Assembly: GCF_030028105.1 (NCBI RefSeq)
Contig: NC_092370.1
Coordinates: 176,586,647 to 176,650,646 of the forward strand
Reading direction: 5' to 3'
Source: Mobula birostris
Lineage: Eukaryota
DNA: 64,000 nt
The notes under the pieces were generated by a model. The model searched no databases. It worked only from the letters and a program-made list of their open reading frames with translations, and was not told the origin of the DNA. Positions 10,750-23,330 of the stretch are shown piece after piece (positions within the stretch are counted from its first letter, which is position 1; the number at the start of each line of letters is the position of its first letter). The translations under genes were made by a program, and so were the position numbers.

Positions 10750-10950
10750 TGTTGTGTATGTGGCCTGTTTACACAACTATGTTATTAATAAAAACACAAG
10801 AGACGGCAGCTAAGTTTCATGGTTCTTTACTGGTAGAGTCCAAACTTTTACTCACACACATACAGATCCCTACACGCCCAATACTACATGCAACAGCATG
10901 TTACTACAACATAAAGTAGTCCCTTATTATAATGTAGGCCATACAGTACA
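10750..10950 (-). repeat. 5' LTR (201 bp)
   Basis: TGTAC...CAACA termini on the minus strand; pairs with 7094-7294. Confidence 0.95.
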
Positions 10951-11241
10951 ACTTCCGTGCGACACTCCGTGTTTTTGAGAGATGTATTTAACCATGATTA
11001 AAATAGCTATCTCGTGTCTCAGATGATAGGTCTGGTGAAATGGACTGACACAGGGTGACTTCAGAAGTAATTTGTGTGCACAAGTGTGATCTTATTATTT
11101 GTGAAGTCTTATTTGACTCTGATGGCAAATTTTGATAATTATGTTGTTCAAGTATGTACTGTAGTTTTAAATACTTTACTGTCCATCATTTTGATGTCTT
11201 TTACTTCAGGGTTTCCATACTCATAGGGCCTATATCCAAAT

Positions 11242-14180
11242 AATCAGAATCAGGTTTATTATCACTGGCATGTGTCATGAAATTTGTTAACTTAGCAGCA
11301 GCAGTTCAATGCAATACATAATATAGAAGGAAAAAAATAAGTAAGTCAATTACAGTATACGTATATTGAATAGATTGAAAATCATGCAAAAACAGAAATA
11401 ATGCACTGTATATTTAAAAAAGTGAGGTAGTGTTCAAGGGTTCAACGTCCATTTAGGAATCAGATGGCAGAGGACAAGAAGCTGTTTCTGAATCACTGAG
11501 TGTGTGCCTTCAGGCTTCTGTACCTCCTACTTGATGGTAACAGTGAGAAAAGGACATGCCCTGGGTGCTGGAGGTCCTTAGTAATGAACACTGCATTTCT
11601 GAGACACCGCTCCTTGAAGATGTGCTGGATACTTTGTAGGCTAGTACCCAAGATGGAACTGACTAAATTTGCAACCCTCTCCAGCTTCTTTTGGTCCTGT
11701 GCAGTCATTCCCCCAAACCAGACAGTGATGCAGCCTGTCAGAATGCTCTCCACGGTACATGTATAGAAGTTTTTGAGTGTATTTGTTGACGTACCAAATC
11801 TCTTCAAACTGTTAATGAAATATAGTGTTTGTCTTTCCTTCTTTATAACTGTATTGATATGTTGGGACCAGGTGAGGTCCTCAGAGATCTTGACACTCAA
11901 AAACTTGAAACTACCTACTCTCTCCACTTCTGATCCCTCTATAAGGATTGGTATGTGTTTGTCTTACCCTTCCTGAAGTGCACAATCAGCTCTTTCGTCT
12001 TACTGACATTGGAATGCCAGGTTGTTGCTACAGCACCACTCCACTAGTCGGCATATCTCACTCCTGTATGCCCTCTCCTCTCCATCTGAGATTCTACCAA
12101 CAATGGTTGTATCATCAACAAACTTATACATGGTATTTGAGCTACGCCTAGCCACACAGTCATGGGTATAGACAGAGTGGAGCAGTGGGCTAAGCATACA
12201 TCCCAGAGGTGCACCAGTGTTGATAGTCAGTGAGGAGGAGATATTATCACCAATCCCCACAAATTGTGGTCTTCCAGTTAGGAAGTCGAAGATCCAATTG
12301 CAGAGGGAGGTACAAAGGCCCAGGTTCTGTAACTTCTCAATCAGAATTGTGGGAATGATGGTATTAAATGCTGAGCTATAGTCGATGAACAGCATTCTGA
12401 CATAGGTGTTTGTGTTGTCCTAGTGGTTAAAAGCTGTGTGAAGAGCCATTGAGATTCCATCTACTGTTGACCTGTTGTGGCGATAGGCAAATTGCAATGG
12501 GTCCAGGTCCTTGCTGAGGCAGGAGTTCAGTCTAGTCATGACCAACCACTCAAAGCATTTCATCATTGTTGATGTGAGTGCTACCAGGTAATAGTTATTA
12601 AGGCAGCTCACATTACTCTTCTTAGGCACTGGTATAATTGTTGCCTTTTTGAAACAAGTAGGAACTTCTGCCTGAAGCAGTGAGAGGTTGAAAATGTCCT
12701 TGAATACTCTCGCCAGTTGGTTGGCACAGGTTTTCAGAACCTTACCAGGTACTCCATCGGGACCTTCTGCCTTGCGAGGGTTCAGTCTCTTTAAAGACAG
12801 CCTAACATCGGCCTCTGAGACAGAGATCACAGGGTCATCAGGTGCAGCAGGGATCTTCACAGCTGTAGTTATATTCTCCCTTTCAAAGTGAGCATAGAAG
12901 GTGTTGAGTTCATGTGGTAGTGAAGCATCGCTGCCATTCATGCTATTGGGTTTTGTTTTGTAGGAAGTAATGTATTGCAAACCCTGCCAGAGTTGTCATA
13001 CATTCGAAGTCGCCTCTTTGCCCTTGAAACATCTCTCCGCAAATCATACCTGGTTTACCGGGGTGGGTCGCAGACTTGAATGCCACAGATCTAGCCTTCA
13101 GCAGATGACGTACCTCCTGGTTCGTCCACGGCTTTTGGTTTGGGAATGTACAGTAAATCTTTGTAGGCACACACACATCCACACAGGTTTTAATGAAGTC
13201 AGCAACAACTGCAGCATACTCATCCAGGTTCGAAGATGAATTCCTGAATACAGTCCAGTCCACCAGTTCAAAGCAGTACTGTAGGCACTCCTGCGCTTCC
13301 CTTGTCCAAAGCTTCTTGGTCCTCACTACTGGTGCTGCAGTCTTCAGTCTCTGCCTGTACTCAGGGAGTAGAAGTACAGCCAGGTGATCACACTTCCAGA
13401 AGTGAGGGCATGGAACAGCATGGTAGGCATTCTTGATGGTAGTGTAGCAATGGTCCAGTGTGTTGTTTACTCTAGTATTGCAAGTGATCTGTTGGTGGTA
13501 ATTGCTTAGTTTTTTCAGACTGGTCTGGTTAAAATCCTTGAAAATGATGGTGAAGGCATTAGGGTGCGCTGTTTCATGCATGTTGATCCCATTGCTCAGA
13601 TCATCTAAAGCCTGATTGACATTGGCCTGAGGTGGAATGTAAACTGCTACCAAAATGATCCCAGAAATCTCCCGCGGTAAGTAAAAAGGACAACACTTAA
13701 CTGCTAGATATTCCAGGTCTGATGAGCAGAGTTGGGACAGCACTAGTATATTTGTGCACCTAGAAGAATTGATCATGAGGCTTACTCCTCCACCTCTGCT
13801 TTTGAGAGACCCTATAGATCTATCCTGACAGTGTATAGTAAACCTGTCAATCTGAATCACTGCATCTGGTACAGAAGGGGTTAACTAGGATTCTGTGAAA
13901 CAAAGGACACATGCTGTCCTACTGTCCCTCTGATTCAGCACCCTAGCTCTGAGACCATCGATTTTATTCACCAGAGACTGCATGTTTACCAGCAAGCTAG
14001 TCAGTATTGGGAGTTTAAAACCCCGTTTCCTTAAACACGCTTGTATCGCTGACCTGCTGCCATGTTTCCTGCATCGAATCCTGTGACAACTCTGTCCCCA
14101 GTCAGCATTGTTTGTGTCAGTTTCAAGCAGCAATAGTTTTAAGGCATCTTTGTTGACTGTACTGACTTTGGAAGCAGTTG
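11242..14180 (-). mobile_element. Near full-length Rex1/Babar LINE (APE endonuclease + RT, frameshifted)
   Basis: VLCFTES, RGGGV, VYIPP, DFN, TLDHCY, DHLAV (endonuclease); [32 protein letters not shown] (RT); (ctgatt)n tail at 11242-11253. Confidence 0.93.
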
Positions 14181-15030
14181 TGCTTTTTAGCTGTATTTCC
14201 TTTATCCCTCTGTCTATCTAAGAGACTCTTAAGTGTCCCCAATGTATTTGCCTCTACCACCACTCCCAGCAGCATGTTCTATGCACCCTTCTATGTAAAA
14301 AAATACTACCTCTGACATCACCCCTATACTTTCCTCCAATCATCTTATAAATATGACCACTGGTCTTAGTCATTTCTGCCTTGGGAAAATGTCTCTGGCT
14401 GTCCACACTATCTATGCCTCTCATACATCTCTATCAAGTCACCTTTTATCCTCCTTCACTCCAGAGAGAAACACCCTAGCTTGCTCAACCTATCCTCATA
14501 AGACATGCTCTCATATGGTCACATGAGGTGACCAGAACTGGACACAATACTCAAAGTGTGGTCTAACCAGAATTTTATTGAACTAAAACATTTTGCAGCT
14601 CTTGAACTCAATCCCTTGACTAATGAAGGCCAACACACCTTATGTCTTCTTAACTACCCTATTAACTTGTGCTGCAACTTTGAGGGACCGATGGCTGCGG
14701 ACTCAAAATTTCTCTGCTCAGAATCCTGCCATCAACTCTGTACTCTGCCTTCAAGTGTGGCTTTCTAAAGTGAATCACCTCACCCTTTCCATCTGACACT
14801 CCTCAGCCCTGCTCTGCATCCTATAAATGTCCCATTGTAACCTATACCAACCTTCTACACTATCCACAACCTTCATGTTACCTGCAAACTTACTAGCCCA
14901 CCCTTCCACTTCCACATCTAAATCATTTATAAAAATCACTGGTCACCGATCTCCGGGCAGAATACGCTCCACCCTCTGCTTTCTGTGGACAAGCCAGTTC
15001 TGAATCCAAACAGCCAGGTTCCCATAGACC
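14180..15030 (-). mobile_element. CR1 LINE 3' portion, degraded; continues at 16257-16535
   Basis: Resembles the CR1 copies at 37.5 kb and 58-59 kb. The 16277-16519 ORF has SQHGFLRGRLCL...IDVVYRDFS. Confidence 0.8.
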
Positions 15031-15046
15031 TTCTATTCATTATTCC

Positions 15047-16256
15047 ATGAATAATATGAGCTGCCTTAATGACTATCACCCGGTAGCACTCACATCTACA
15101 GTGATGAAATGCTTTGAGTGGTTGGTCATGACTAGACTGAACTCCTGCCTCAGCAAGGACCTGGACCCATTGCAATTTGCCTATCGCCACAATAGGGCAA
15201 TGGCAGATGCAATCTCAATTGCCCTTCACACAGCTTTAGACCACCTGGACAACACAAACACCTATGTCAGGATGCTGTTCATCGACTACAGATCAGCATT
15301 TAATATCATCATTCCCACAATCCTGATTGAGAAGTTACAGAACCTGGGCCTCTGTACCTCCCCCCGCAATTCAATCCTTGACTTCCTAACCGGAGGACCA
15401 CAATCTGAGTGGATTCGTGATAACATCTCCTCCTCACTGATGATCAACATTGGTCCACTTCAGGGATGTGTGCTTAGCCCTCTGCTCTGCTCTCTATATA
15501 CCCATAACTGTGTGGCTAGGCATAGCTCAAATACCATCTATAAATTTGCTGATGATACAACCATTGTTGGTAGAATCTCAGGTGGTGACGAGAGGGCAGA
15601 CAAGAAAGAGATATCCCAACTAGTGGAGTGGTGTCGCAGCAACAACCTGGCACACAATGTTAGTAAGAGGAAAGAGCTGATTGTGGACTGGAAGAGATTT
15701 GGTATGTCAACAAATACACTAAAAAACTTCTATAGATATACCGTGGAGAGCATTCTGACAGGCTGCATCACTGTCTGGTATGGGGTGGGGGCTACTGCAC
15801 AGGACCGAAAGAAGTTGCAGAGGGTTTTAAGTTTAGTTGGCTCCATCTTGGGTACTAGCCTACAAAGGAGTGGTGTCTTAGAAAGGCAGCGTTTATTATT
15901 AAGGACCTCCAACACCCAGGGCATGCCTTTTTCTTACTGTTACCAACAGGTAGGAGGTACAGAAGCCTGAAGGCACACACTCAGTGATTTAAGAACAGCT
16001 CCTTCCACTTTGCTATCTGATTCCTAAATGGACATTGAGCCCTTGGACACTACCTCACTTTTTAAATATATATTATTTCTGTTCTTGCATGATTTTTAAT
16101 CTATTCAATATACGTATACTGTTATTGATTTACTTATTATTATTATTATTATTTTATTTTTTTTTCTTCTATATTATGTATTGGATTGAACTGCTGCTGC
16201 TAAGTTAATAAATTTCATGACACAAGCTGGTGATAATAAACCTGATTCTGATTCTG
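15047..16256 (+). mobile_element. Rex1/Babar LINE, 5'-truncated with internal deletion, inserted in CR1
   Basis: ORF 15047-15970 RT with KFADDTT, very similar to 11242-12620 in inverted orientation; (ctgatt)n tail. Confidence 0.92.
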
Positions 16257-16535
16257 AACCCATGCCTCCTGACTTTCTAAATGGGCCCTGCTATGGAGAA
16301 CCATGTCAAACACCTACTAAAATCCCTGTACACCACATCAATTACTCTAACTTCATCAATTTGTTTTGTCACTTCCTCAAAGATTTCAGCCAGGCATAAC
16401 CTGCCCCTTAAAAAGCCATGTTGACTATCTATAATCAAACTATGCTTCTCCAAATACTCATAAATTCTATCTCTAAGAATTCTTTCCAATGATTTGCTCC
16501 CCACTGAGTTAAAAGTCACTGGTCTATAATTCCCA
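16257..16535 (-). mobile_element. CR1 RT fragment
   Basis: SVGSKSLERILRDRIYEYLEKHSLIIDSQHGF. Confidence 0.8.
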
Positions 16536-16759
16536 TATTTTATTTGTAGTGTCTTCTTTTGGATATGTGGAGCTCAATATATTAACAACAACCTTGGCCC
16601 TCTTTTGTAATAAGATACTCAAGAATCTATCATTTTCATTATTATCGTTATTCAGTCTGAGAAACAATGACTCCTTTACAGATGTTATCAGAAGAAAAAT
16701 ATATTGCTGGAGCTTACTTCATACTGAATTTCAAACTATGACACTTTTTCCCCTTAGTT

Positions 16760-17080
16760 GGGTGGCATTGAACACAACAGCGCTCCTGTCCCCCAGCTGC
16801 TCCAGTGACCCTGGCCCATGGTAAGTCTCTGTGGAGTACTTGAGATTTTCCCAAGTGCTCTAGTTTCCTTGCATGTCTAAATACATGCTGGTTGATAAAT
16901 CAGTTGACTACTATAAAATACAAATTATGTGGAATATTTAGAAATGGGGGTGGGGGGAATTAATGGGCATGTAAAAGAAAATAAGTTACAGTGCAATAAA
17001 TGGAGGCAGGATGGGTTTGCCCTGAGAGTTGGCCGTACATCATTGTAGAGAATGGCCTCCTTTATGGTTGTGTACATATA
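16760..17080 (+). mobile_element. Old tRNA-derived SINE remnant
   Basis: Decayed cagctccagtgaccctgg ... ctgtggag ... gtgctctagtttcc pattern with a CR1-like tail (aatggcctcct). Confidence 0.4.
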
Positions 17081-17700
17081 TGAGACAAAATTGTGCAACA
17101 AATTATCTTTACAAATAATGTTATGTCTGAAATCTTAACAATGAAAACTATATTCAAATATTGTCAGGAAAAACACACTGTAAATATTGCAGTAAAATAA
17201 AAATTTAAGTCTTGTGTCTTCTGTCTTCTCCTATCATGAATAATGAATATGCTTGAAATGTTATAAAATCTGTTTTGTTTGCAGAGCCGTGATTTTTCCA
17301 TGGTTAAACTTTCAAAGCTTTATTATGTTTTTTCTTGTAAGTTCAGCCAACTAGATCATATGGATTACTGTTATATTAGGACACATCAACAGAAGAAACA
17401 TGATCCAGCAAAAATAGATCTTGACAAGAGGAAAGTCATTCAAATGAAAAAGCATTTTCTGTCACATTTTTAATATTTCTGTCTTCTCCTTTGCTGGGTG
17501 AGAATGCAGTCAGTTGGCAATCACAATGGAGTCTCTAAGTCTAATCTTGTTGCTGAGCTCATTGTTTCATACCTCAAGTCATTGACTGAATTTTAGACAA
17601 AAAAATGTAGCAAGACTACCTTATGCTTTGTGCAATGTGTTCACTCCTAATAAATAATGGCTAGCTTATGTGAGTTTCCTTGAACATGTTGGCTTGATCA

Positions 17701-17826
17701 GACTTTTTTCCCAGAAAATAAACTGTTTATCAGCCACCTATCTTTTTGTTAAAAATGGAACAGAGTGTTCCATAGTTAACAAAAAGATAGTAGGCTAATA
17801 AACAGTTTATTTTCTGAAAAAAAGTC
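17701..17826. repeat. 126-bp imperfect palindrome (foldback/MITE-like)
   Basis: gactttttt..cagaaaataaactgtttat..ctatctttttgttaa..atggaaca-gag-tgttccat..ttaacaaaaagatag..ataaacagtttattttctg..aaaaaagtc. Confidence 0.9.
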
Positions 17827-20800
17827 AGTTGGTACAACATATGCATTTCATGTATGTTCCGTTGTTTAAGAGTTGCAGAATACTTATTTCATGTAATATA
17901 CAGTAGTGTAACTCACACATACCATAAAATATTTTTGTTAATAAAGCTGTGAATGGGTGAGGAAATTCAATTCTGTCATAAATTACTCTAATCTTACATC
18001 TAGTGGGATAGGAAAACAAGATATTTTTCAATCTGAAATCCCGAATGTCAGATAAATCATCAAATTTATCAATAAGACAACTTTTAGGGCTTTATATTCA
18101 ATTGCAGCCTAATAAAATGTATTTTAAATGTGCTTTAGTGCATTGTTTCCCTGCTCTGTTATGCATCTCTCCAAATTATACATTTTTAGAAACACATATA
18201 CATAAACACTACAATTGCTCTTTATATCAAACTATTGTCAATAATAAGATTAACAGGCTTACTTTCCCCCTCCAAGAAACATTTTTATCTTGGGAATTCT
18301 TGTGACTTAGTTTTAAAACCTTTCAATGCTACCAACCACAAATTTATCATTCAAAGAATTGGTCTCCAGGAGGGAGAGGCATTCAGTAGCACAATTGCAC
18401 AACTTTCCCAAAATAGACACTTTGTTTGCTGGACTATACATTTTCAGAGGCAATAACTGACAGCAAGAATGTGAAATCTGGATTAGACACACATGCTTTG
18501 CATCAAGCCTACAAATCCCCAAAAGCTTTATTTAAACCTGATTCTTGCAGTTGGTGAAGTATTTATGTCTTGTGAAGTGCAAGTGTATTGCACAACAGTA
18601 CTGAAGGAAAACCACGATTCTTCACAGATTAGTACCATAAAATCATGAAGTTTCAAGCAAATAGTCACACAATGAAAGTTGTGGTTTTTGTACTCAATAT
18701 CATGTTGAGTCTTTTACCAACTGCTACAGAAAAGGACTTCCAAAAAAAGTTGTAATCTTAAGAATTATTTTTTTAATTGAATCCAATTATAGAACATTCA
18801 ATCGTGACTCGTATTTCCTGATATTCAAACCTAGCTATGGTCTCCTCATGTCAGAATTTAGTATTTAACATGATATCTTTAATTCAACTTTTATGATAAA
18901 GTTAATTTGGGACTGAGTACTCTTAGCAACCATAATGGTAAATGCTGATGTAAAATTATGCTTAATTAAAATTGTTTAAGAAACAACGAGATACCCTGCT
19001 ATTTATTTGATTTAATGGTTTTCCTTATCCATATCTACCTGGTAAGTTGTACCGCTATCTGCTTTTTCAAATAGGTTTATTTCAGCTTTACACAGTGAGT
19101 TGTTGTTCAAGAGTTTAAGCAATTTTGTTTTTGTTAAATTTGGATGGGAGTCTTTTGAGCCCTCGCAAATACCTTCACACCCGATTAGTGTGATTCATGG
19201 GTTTTTTTAACAACAATAATGCACGGCTCAAAAATCTGCTTTTTCAGTAAATTCTATTAAGATCTGGAATTCAGATTGGTGCAAGAGCATCTGTGTTAGA
19301 AGGTTTGATCAGTTTTCTTTTGAATTAAGGAGTCTCAATTGCATTATTCAAGCTATTATAGAGAATGATATAGTGAGCACATTTGTTACAATTTTTAATG
19401 AAATACTTACTCATTTGTATGCAGATGATGAGTGTGCATCTGTAACAGCAATATTAATGAATACATACATATTTATCATATTTGAAAAATTCTCATTTAT
19501 GTACAGAATTATCATTTTGTGAAACTTATTTCTTGTAGTAAGAATATACAGTGTTGAACATTTGAGTATCATGAACGTTCCTCACAGACTATAACTTTGC
19601 ATAACAGCACAACAAAATTATCTGGTTGATCTACTCAAAAAGAAAAGCTGATGGTCCTGTATCAAGCAGTTTAAAGACTGGAATGACTATGGTTTCTCTT
19701 CTATTGCTCGTCATATATATCTTTTCAAAGAATTCATTCCTCTTTACGTGAAGGAATACTTCCTGACATGTGTCTTAAATTTACTGTTCACTGGTATGAA
19801 CATAAGCTTCCTTGTCTTAAGAGTAATACATTTTTTCAATCTTTTGCCTTAGGTTTTTTTTTAACATTTTGTTAGAAGATTTCAATCCCTCTATGAAGTT
19901 GAACTGTCTCTTGTTTCCTTTCAGTTTTTCTCATTTTTCAGTTAAGTCTCTTGATAATGAAAAATCAGCTTTTAAGTCTATTTCCTGCAAAACACTAGGT
20001 TGGAATATTTCAATTATGTCTTACTAGTTAAAAATGGGCACAGGATTCAATGTACAGTACTACCAGCACATCACAGACAGAATACTATTTTCTCTGAGTC
20101 TAATAAAGATATTTAGTCTGTGTAATGTATTAAACACATTTGTTTTCACAAATAATTGGACACTAAAATAAAAAAAAAGTCAATTCTCAAAGCAACATTA
20201 GGATGTACATGTTCTAACAGGATTTATTTTGTCTTTCTTTGCCTTTATAGTCTTCACCCTTTTGATGTTTAGTATGACCCAGAACTTTAAATCTGGTTTC
20301 TAAATTTAAAGCAACTTGATATAGAAGCATTAAGGAAAAAAAAAGTGTTTCTTGAGGTTAGTAGAATCAACTAAAAATAAATTTCAATTTAATTTGCATG
20401 AACTTTCAATTATTTTAGATTTTTTGGCTTTATATTGGTCAAGGTAGATAATCAAACCATCAGTGGTGACTCAATTTGAGTACTGTGTTAACGCTTTCAT
20501 TGAACTAACTTATGAGACATTGAAATTCTAGTGCTATTACTTGTGGTATGAAGAGATAAAGGAAGATTTTCTGCAAGATCTGTGAAATTGTCAGATGTAC
20601 CTTTTAGGAGCATTATCCAGATGAATTATTGCCAATTAGCAGCATCGTTTCAAATGCTTTAATACTTCCATGGAGAATTGAATTTGGGCTCTTTTTTATA
20701 TAGTATTTTAGTACTCACTAAAATAAAAACATGGGGTATGCAGAATCAGTATTTTTAAAAGGTAAAAAGAATCTATGCTACTTTCTGTCAAAAAAAGGAC

Positions 20801-23049
20801 TTATGTTCAATGTAAACATTTGTAACTGGAAGCAACCCTGCACTTTGCTCATTAGATATTTAGAAAAAGGTTCTCTGTTTCCAAGTTATTGGAATATCTA
20901 TAAATTCTCTAACCAGCCCCAGATGATTGTAGCTGGTAGCAGTGAATATTTTCATTCAGCGATGTTTTCATGTTATGACAAAACCAATCAAGTTAATTTA
21001 CACTTTTGGTCATGACAGGGCTTTCACCCAAGAACTCCATAGCTAATCAAAAACGCATATGCTCAACCTTCTCCCATGATACAGATGGGTAGAATTTGGG
21101 TGATTTTACCATTGTTTTCACCTTATAGACTGTTAATTCTTAAACACATGTTGTGAAACCCATAAGGTATCTAATATATTGCATTATTCTATAGAAATAT
21201 ACACATAGGGAGCAAATATGAATATATGACATCACTAAATCATTCTTCAGTATGCTAATATTACTATATAATTAGTTGTTTTCTGTCCTTTTAGTTCAAA
21301 TAATAATAGCCCTTACCAATGTTTACTCTTTGTTCTGAATTGAGCTCTGATAGAAAGGATGAATGATATTTGAATAGCACTAAGTAAATGTCAATTTATC
21401 TGTTTGGTATCCATGAGTCTTTATATTGTGACGAGTCAGGACCAGATTGAATTTCTTGGTTGGATTTGGCGTATTTTAGAATCCAGTACAAATATATCTA
21501 AAATATCCCTTTGCATAATAAAGAGCCTGCAAATATATTACAGGCTAGATCATGGAAAATCTATAGTTTGTTTTGTTAAATATGTAAGTACCATATATAA
21601 CATGAAAAACAGGGGAAAACCCTATTGATCTTATACTTATTTATGTTATATCATGTTATATGTCTGGTTGTACATTATTTTTACTTTGTTTGACCTAAGC
21701 ATTCAAAGGAAAGATAAAATTAATTCCGATAAATTTTGTATCATTTTTATCTACCCATTTTCTTTAATAAACTCTATCTCATTTTCTTCAGTGCCTTTCT
21801 TACCGCCGTCAAAACTTCTTAAAATACTAATAAGCCCAAACTCAGCATGTTCTATCTCCTTATCTTCATTGCTTTATCATGAACAATATTGTCAACCTAT
21901 TTCAGACTCTTATCTCTGACCATTTCTGTATGTCCTCTGACACTGTTTCATGATTATTGTTAAATCTTTTGGATACCTAGTCTTTGCTCTATGAGCTTTC
22001 TTTCCAAACCAACCCATACCTTCTTTTCCTACCTTGCTCTAACCAATTTTTTTGGAACCATCTCCTATAAGTCTCACTGAAGTTTAGCATGCAGTTGCTT
22101 TCCCCTTTAAAGTATCTTTGAAAACTTTACTATATTAACGATACTTCATTAGGGCAAGTTATTCGCTTATTCTTGAATTTTCTTACTTCTTTCTTTCAAA
22201 ATGTGTTTTATAATCATAAATTAGCAATAAGATTTTGTGGCTCTATAATGCAACAAATATAACAGTCTTAATTAGAACATTGAGGCCTGGTCTGTGTTTG
22301 GTAACAGATGTATTAGATCCACCAAAATATTTCAGTCACGGAGATGTTAGTATAGAACTGTGGGAGGAATGGGTAGGAGTTTAGTGGCAGCTGAAGATTG
22401 GAATTTCAATATGTGAGCTGAAAATTGGCCAGAACAATAGAGCTGCTTTTTCATAAAAATATGTATGAGTGAGGCAGCTGTAAAACCACATCTACGAGCA
22501 TTCCTCCAATAGAATTTATTATTCTAATTACTAAATAATGATTCCTAGCCTATCTAATTATGACCTGAGTTACATTGCACTCTTCCTCCTCCAGCTATTA
22601 AGTCCAAATCTTGAAGTTGCTTCTAACGTTTTCCTCACTTCAGTGATTCCATTTCTGGAGTCATCCTTTATTACTGCTTTCTTTAGCAATTTCAAAGTAT
22701 TCTGTGCATCAGCTACTGGATGTTTTAAGAGAATCATTAAGTTGCTACTGGTTGGGAGAATTAGACATTTCTTAAAGCACTTGCCAGTGGTACTGTGGCA
22801 TGCAATGCTCCTCCAGTATTATGTAGGCAAATGATTAAGAATGGAGATATGCGAAGTCAAATTAGATACTGACACTGTTATCCTCTGGATTTTAAAACTA
22901 TAACTAAATGCTGTATTTCAGAGATTATGATATTTTACTAGGATATAGAAGCAAACAGTGTCCATTAAAGGGAATCACTGTTTTAATTTTATCAATCTAA
23001 TTTGATTTATATATTGTGGAATCTAACATTCCAAATAAAGATATAAAAG

Positions 23050-23330
23050 ATTATTTTTTAAAGATAGCTTTATTTGTCACACATACATTGAAACATATAG
23101 TAAGATCTGTAGTTTGCCTCAATGACCGAGGATTGCTGAGGGTGGCCCGCAAGTGTTGCTATACTTCAACATACCATGTCTGAAAATTACTAGCCCTTAC
23201 AAACTCATACGTCTTCAGAATTTGGGGAGAGAACCGAAGCACCTGGAGGTCACAGGGAGAATGTAGTGGCGTACATTGGACCTCGATCACTGGTGCTGTA
23301 AAGTGTTATGCTGACCACTGTGCTACCACA
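23050..23330 (-). mobile_element. tRNA-derived SINE with Rex1-like 3' end
   Basis: Minus strand tggtagcacagtggtcagc (A-box-like head), central acattctccctgtgac..ggtgcttcggtt, tail gtgacaaataaagcta. Confidence 0.55.

Larger units (their letters stand above)
7094..10950 (-). mobile_element. Non-autonomous Ty3/Gypsy (Mag-like) LTR retrotransposon carrying captured host cDNAs
   Basis: Two 201-bp LTRs, 5-bp TSD acttc (7089-7093, 10951-10955), PBS-like TGGTGACGAGG after the 5' LTR, PPT before the 3' LTR, gag with two CCHC knuckles, and a protease. No RT, RNaseH or integrase core. Confidence 0.95.
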
